NCBI GenBank assembly: GCA_963674755.2 | Contig: CAXXVS010000001.1 | Location: forward strand, 352,001-416,000 | Source: Desulfobacterales bacterium | GTDB lineage: Bacteria > Desulfobacterota > Desulfobacteria > Desulfobacterales > UBA5852 | DNA: 64,000 nt | Direction: 5' to 3' | In this document: positions 60,318 to 64,000 of the stretch, one piece after another | Numbering within the stretch: position 1 is the first letter of the stretch | How the letters are laid out: the number at the start of each line of letters is the position of its first letter | Position numbers and translations under genes: made by a program | Notes under the pieces: generated by a model | Seen by the model: only the letters and a program-made list of their open reading frames with translations | What the model was told of the DNA's origin: nothing | The model's database searches: none

Positions 60318-60617
60318 TTATGCCCCGATGAGTTTGACCAGCACACGTTTTTTCCGCCGCCCGTCGAACTCGCCGTAGAAGATCCGCTCCCAGGTTCCGA
60401 AATCCAAGCGGCCCTCGGTGATGGCCACGACGACCTCGCGTCCCATGATCTGGCGCTTCATGTGCGCGTCGGCATTGTCTTCGCCGACATTGTGCCGGTA
60501 TTGCTCCACCGGTGTATGGGGGGCCAGCTTCTCCAGCCAGACATCATAGTCGTGATGCAGACCGGATTCATCATCGTTGATAAACACCGAGGCCGTAATG
60601 TGCATGGCGTTGACTAA
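60318..60617 (-). pseudogene. yjbQ: Displaced 3' portion of yjbQ (UPF0047)
   Basis: [48 protein letters not shown]-terminal ~40 aa missing, replaced by integrase DNA. Confidence 0.9.
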
Positions 60618-62202
60618 GGCTATCATAAACGGCCTGAGAAAACTCAACCGACAGGCCCATTTCTTCGGCAAGCTGAACGGGATCTAAGCCCCCTTGCCGC
60701 AATAGTCCCTCCAAGCCGCCGAGCACGCCACGGATCGAATAGGCAACCTGGCCATCCTCGGTTTTCGACACATACACGCCCAGGCGTCTCCCCTCGGCAT
60801 CGTGGCCATCAAAAAAGGTTTGGACCAGCTTGCGTTTTTCTTCAAAGGTCATTTTGGCAATACGGCCCGGCCGGTTGAAAATCGATTCAAGCATCCGTTT
60901 GGCCAGGGTAGCCTGCTTTTTGATTTGCGCCTTTGTCGGGACGCCCTGGGTCTGAGTATCAATAGCCTCAACAGCGCTTTTTAGGGATTCAATCTGTTTG
61001 CGGATGGTGGTCATCCGCTCGGTGGCTTCCTCATCGGAGAGGATGCCCTTGCCTATGGCTTTGACAATGTTTTCCTTCTCGGCATTGGCAGTCTTCAATT
61101 CCTTTTGGAGGGTTTGCCGCTGGGCCAGCAGGCTATCAACCTTGGCGGTATCGGGAATGGCGCGGGCCAGGGCCGCCTCCAAACCGGTGGAATCTCCCGC
61201 GAGGGCAAACAGCTTAAAGAATACAGCCGTTTCAAGCTCATCCGCACGCACCCAGAAGCTCTCATCGCACTTCGCCTTACGCCCACGCGGGTGCCGGTAA
61301 TAGCTGGTGGTGGCGTGGTTAGTTTGGCCAAACATGGCATTGCCGCAGTCGGCGCAGAAAATCACACGGGATAAAAGGTATTTGTTTTTGTACTGGCCGT
61401 GATAGTAGGTCTTGTTAGCGGCGGCTCGCTTTTTGATCTTCTCGATGGTTTCCTCGGGCAGAAGCCGTGGAATTTTGATTATGACGGTTTCATCAACGGC
61501 AACCCGTTTAGCCCGATAGCGCACTTCCCAATTGTCGCCGCACCGTCTGGTCAGCGTTTTCCACAAGCTGACGTGATTCATCCCAAGGGTGGCGGCCAGC
61601 TTGGGGATTTGATCCCCTTGGAGGTAGCGCTCGGCGGCCCAGACTATTTTCCCTCGCTTTTCCTCATCAATACCCCAGGTCTCCGTCTCTTTATTGAAGG
61701 TGCGTCCGTAGGGAAGCTTGCCGCTGGTGGGCACGCCCCGTTTGGCGCGGGCGATGCGGTTGTTGATGGATTTGCGGGTTTGTTCCAGCGCCACAAATTC
61801 ATTGATTTCCGTCGCCATCCCAAGAAACAGGGTGTCCGCCGGTTTATAAAGATCGTACTCGCTCTGGCCGGCGAAAAACCGGACGCCGGCCTTGCGCAGG
61901 ATTTCCAAGCCCTGTTTGGAATTTCCGTTGTCACGGCTCCAGCGGGAGGCGTCGCACACAATCACGGCGTCAAAGCGGTCCCGGTCGGCATCCTTTAATA
62001 GCTGATCAAGCTTTTTACGTTCAAAGGTGGCGGTGGCATGTTCCTGGCCGCTGTAGCGCCAGGGGTCGTCAATAAGGTTACCGCCCAGGGCTTTGACCGC
62101 AGCGGTGATTTCTTCCTTTTGGGTCCGTAGCGATTCGCCCCTTTGGGCTTGGCCTTCGGTGCTCACCCTAACCAAGGGGGCGAACCGTAGTGATTTTTGC
62201 AT
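60571..62202 (-). CDS. Large serine recombinase (integrase)
   Basis: RVSTEGQ catalytic Ser, DASRWSR, PYG recombinase domain, YLLS..FCADCG zinc ribbon, coiled coil. Confidence 0.95.
   Translation of the reverse strand: MQKSLRFAPLVRVSTEGQAQRGESLRTQKEEITAAVKALGGNLIDDPWRYSGQEHATATFERKKLDQLLKDADRDRFDAVIVCDASRWSRDNGNSKQGLEILRKAGVRFFAGQSEYDLYKPADTLFLGMATEINEFVALEQTRKSINNRIARAKRGVPTSGKLPYGRTFNKETETWGIDEEKRGKIVWAAERYLQGDQIPKLAATLGMNHVSLWKTLTRRCGDNWEVRYRAKRVAVDETVIIKIPRLLPEETIEKIKKRAAANKTYYHGQYKNKYLLSRVIFCADCGNAMFGQTNHATTSYYRHPRGRKAKCDESFWVRADELETAVFFKLFALAGDSTGLEAALARAIPDTAKVDSLLAQRQTLQKELKTANAEKENIVKAIGKGILSDEEATERMTTIRKQIESLKSAVEAIDTQTQGVPTKAQIKKQATLAKRMLESIFNRPGRIAKMTFEEKRKLVQTFFDGHDAEGRRLGVYVSKTEDGQVAYSIRGVLGGLEGLLRQGGLDPVQLAEEMGLSVEFSQAVYDSLSQRHAHYGLGVYQR
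60590..60635. other. Putative att junction of the integrative element
   Basis: yjbQ homology ends at ~60612-60617; AGGCCGT (60590-96) and ACGGCCT (60629-35) form an inverted repeat centred at 60612/60613. Confidence 0.7.
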
Positions 62203-62217
62203 AGTGGCCTCCCCTGG

Positions 62218-62634
62218 TCATTCTCCGATAATTTTCACGAGCACCCGTTTTCTGCGCCGACCATCAAACTCACCATAGAAAATCCGTTCCCAGGTGCCGA
62301 AGTCCAAACGGCCGTCCGTAATGGCCACCACGACTTCACGCCCCATGATTTGCCGCTTCATGTGGGCGTCGGCATTATCCTCGCCAACATTATGCCGGTA
62401 TTGGGAAACCGGTTCGTGGGGGGCCAGCTTTTCCAGCCATACGTCGTAGTCGTGATGCAGCCCGGATTCGTCATCGTTGATGAAAACCGAGGCCGTGATG
62501 TGCATCGCGTTACAAAGTACGAGCCCCTCCTTAACGCCGCTTTCATCGATGCATTTCTGAACGTCGGGGGTTATGTTGATAAAGGCCCGCCGGGTGGGCA
62601 CGTTGAACCAAAGCTCTTTGCGGTAGCTTTTCAT
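62218..62634 (-). CDS. yjbQ: YjbQ (secondary thiamine-phosphate synthase, UPF0047), intact copy
   Basis: [37 protein letters not shown]. Confidence 0.95.
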   Translation of the reverse strand: MKSYRKELWFNVPTRRAFINITPDVQKCIDESGVKEGLVLCNAMHITASVFINDDESGLHHDYDVWLEKLAPHEPVSQYRHNVGEDNADAHMKRQIMGREVVVAITDGRLDFGTWERIFYGEFDGRRRKRVLVKIIGE

Positions 62635-62778
62635 GGTTAAACCTCAATAGTTGGGCTTGGTTGGGGTTTAGCGCCGTCCAGATGCCTAAATCGGCTGCGT
62701 CAGATCGCGCAGGTTAAACGATCGCCAGGCGGCGCGAGGGGTTATATGAGCTAAAATCGGCCCTTAACCAGGGCGATG

Positions 62779-63468
62779 TCAGGCGTTGCCGCCCCAGAGG
62801 CCCTTGACCTGTTCGGCCAATTGTTCCTTTGTCACATCAGCATAAACAAGCGTTGAGGAAATGGAAACGTGGCGCAGTTGTTTTTGGACCGCACGCAGAT
62901 CCCGCTGCCGGGAATAAAGCTCAACGCCATAGGAGTGCCGCAGGGCATGAACGCTTTTGCCCGGCTCGTAAAGGCCGAGGCGGCGAAGGTATTTTTTGAC
63001 GATGAGTTGGATGGCCTGGGCAGTCCACGCCCCCCGCTGCCCGATGAAAAGGAAATCATCGGGGCCGGTGGGCTCGCTGCGGTCAGCCTTCCACCTGATA
63101 AAGGCTTTAAGGTGTTTTTTCAAGCTTTCCGGGATTACCACATGGCCGCTGATGCTGTCCTTCCCGTTGCGGACGAAAATAGCGCTCTCACCATAACCCG
63201 CCTTTACGTCCCCGCAGCGTAGGTCGGCCGCCTCGCTCACGCGCAACCCCGTTGATGTAAGCAAGTCCACCACCATCCATTCGCGCACAGCTGTCACACG
63301 GCCCTTTTGCTGACCCAGCTCAGCGGCATCCCGCACAGTACGACGCAGGAGGCGGATTTGTGGGGCGGTGAAATACTTAATGCCATCCACGTTGCGGGGC
63401 GGGCGCTTGGTTTGGACCGCCCGGCCGCGCAGGGCGCCTGGAAATGACACTACCTTTTGATGCTCCAT
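62779..63468 (-). CDS. Small tyrosine recombinase (catalytic domain only)
   Basis: TGLRVSE, GK, HALRHS, LRH, Y; 229 aa. Confidence 0.92.
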   Translation of the reverse strand: MEHQKVVSFPGALRGRAVQTKRPPRNVDGIKYFTAPQIRLLRRTVRDAAELGQQKGRVTAVREWMVVDLLTSTGLRVSEAADLRCGDVKAGYGESAIFVRNGKDSISGHVVIPESLKKHLKAFIRWKADRSEPTGPDDFLFIGQRGAWTAQAIQLIVKKYLRRLGLYEPGKSVHALRHSYGVELYSRQRDLRAVQKQLRHVSISSTLVYADVTKEQLAEQVKGLWGGNA

Positions 63469-63664
63469 GCCGGTTGCCTCCTTAATTTGATAAGTTTTCC
63501 TTTAAGTTTATGAGCAGTATTTTGCCAGGAAAGCATTGCCAGTTAAGGGTACGCAAATCACTTCTTAAAAGTTTTGGGGTAAATTATTTAGAGTTATAAG
63601 GCGACAAATGAGAGAAGTAAAGTAGTATTTAGAGCATATACCCGGACGGCTGTTTAGAATATAA

Positions 63665-63699
63665 AAGGCGCCGCGAGATAGTGAAATCCCGGGCGCCTT
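63665..63699 (-). terminator. Hairpin terminator after the partial basic protein
   Basis: AAGGCGCC..GGCGCCTT stem with T tail on the minus strand. Confidence 0.55.
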
Positions 63700-63717
63700 G
63701 TGCTGCTATGGGGGCGG

Positions 63718-64000
63718 TTACTTTGCCGGCGCCTCGATCTTGTAGGTGCCGGCTTCGGTTTTTTCCACCGTGCCGCCGCGTGCGGCAAGCTGCTTCAAAG
63801 CGTTGTAAAAAGTGCTACCGAATTTTTCCTTGATCTGCTTCATGGTAAAATTGCCGCTGGCCAAATGGGCTACCGCTTCGCTGGTCTTGCTGCCGGCGAC
63901 AAAACCAAAAATGTCTTTCTCCGGGGCCGGCTTGGCAGCGGCCTTTTTAACGGCGGTTTTGGTGGTGGCTGCTTTGGGGGCCTGGGCCTTGCTGTCTTTA
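63718..64000 (-). CDS. Small basic DNA-binding-like protein (Ala/Lys/Pro-rich arm plus winged-helix-like domain), 5' end beyond window
   Basis: Hand translation: KDSKAQAPKAATTKTAVKKAAAKPAPEKDIFGFVAGSKTSEAVAHLASGNFTMKQIKEKFGSTFYNALKQLAARGGTVEKTEAGTYKIEAPAK*. Confidence 0.7.
   Translation of the reverse strand, partial: KDSKAQAPKAATTKTAVKKAAAKPAPEKDIFGFVAGSKTSEAVAHLASGNFTMKQIKEKFGSTFYNALKQLAARGGTVEKTEAGTYKIEAPAK

Larger units (their letters stand above)
60612..64000 (-). mobile_element. End of an integrative element inserted in yjbQ (probably continues beyond the window)
   Basis: Split yjbQ, serine integrase, second yjbQ, tyrosine recombinase. Confidence 0.8.

Noticed and set aside
60618..60671. 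N-terminus of the listed 117 aa ORF 60318..60671 as a functional yjbQ start
   Set aside because: These codons are integrase DNA in another frame; the conserved YjbQ N-terminus is missing.
1..64000. CRISPR array, tRNA or rRNA genes
   Set aside because: No regularly spaced repeats with unique spacers and no cloverleaf or rRNA signatures seen by eye; a tRNAscan/Infernal run would be definitive.

Overview
GC-rich chromosome segment whose gene content suggests a sulfate-reducing deltaproteobacterium (Desulfobacterales-like; inferred). The core genes are xth, a Fur/PerR regulator, citrate synthase, glutaredoxin plus ferredoxin:thioredoxin reductase, a stand-alone CooS CO dehydrogenase, an OrpR-like PAS sigma-54 activator, sfsA, mobB, tpx, a molybdopterin oxidoreductase, rnd, thrS and a selenocysteine formate dehydrogenase. 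Four regions stand out. (1) An AT-rich patchwork island at ~14.9-24.2 kb contains RAYT-transposase end motifs, gene relics and an intact four-gene operon (methyltransferase, PfkB kinase, MazG-like pyrophosphatase, membrane/GAF-like protein). (2) A lipid A modification cluster at ~31.2-48.7 kb holds arnBCADT, a flippase, a second ArnT-like enzyme, a two-component system, an InaA kinase and four methyltransferase paralogs; most of it is bracketed by near-identical ~670 bp direct repeats. (3) In one operon a Tmc-like membrane electron-transfer module sits between metF and metV. (4) The window ends inside an integrative element whose large serine recombinase split yjbQ, with an intact yjbQ copy directly upstream of the integrase. 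No rRNA, tRNA or CRISPR array was seen. All family calls come from motif recognition by eye; no database search was run.
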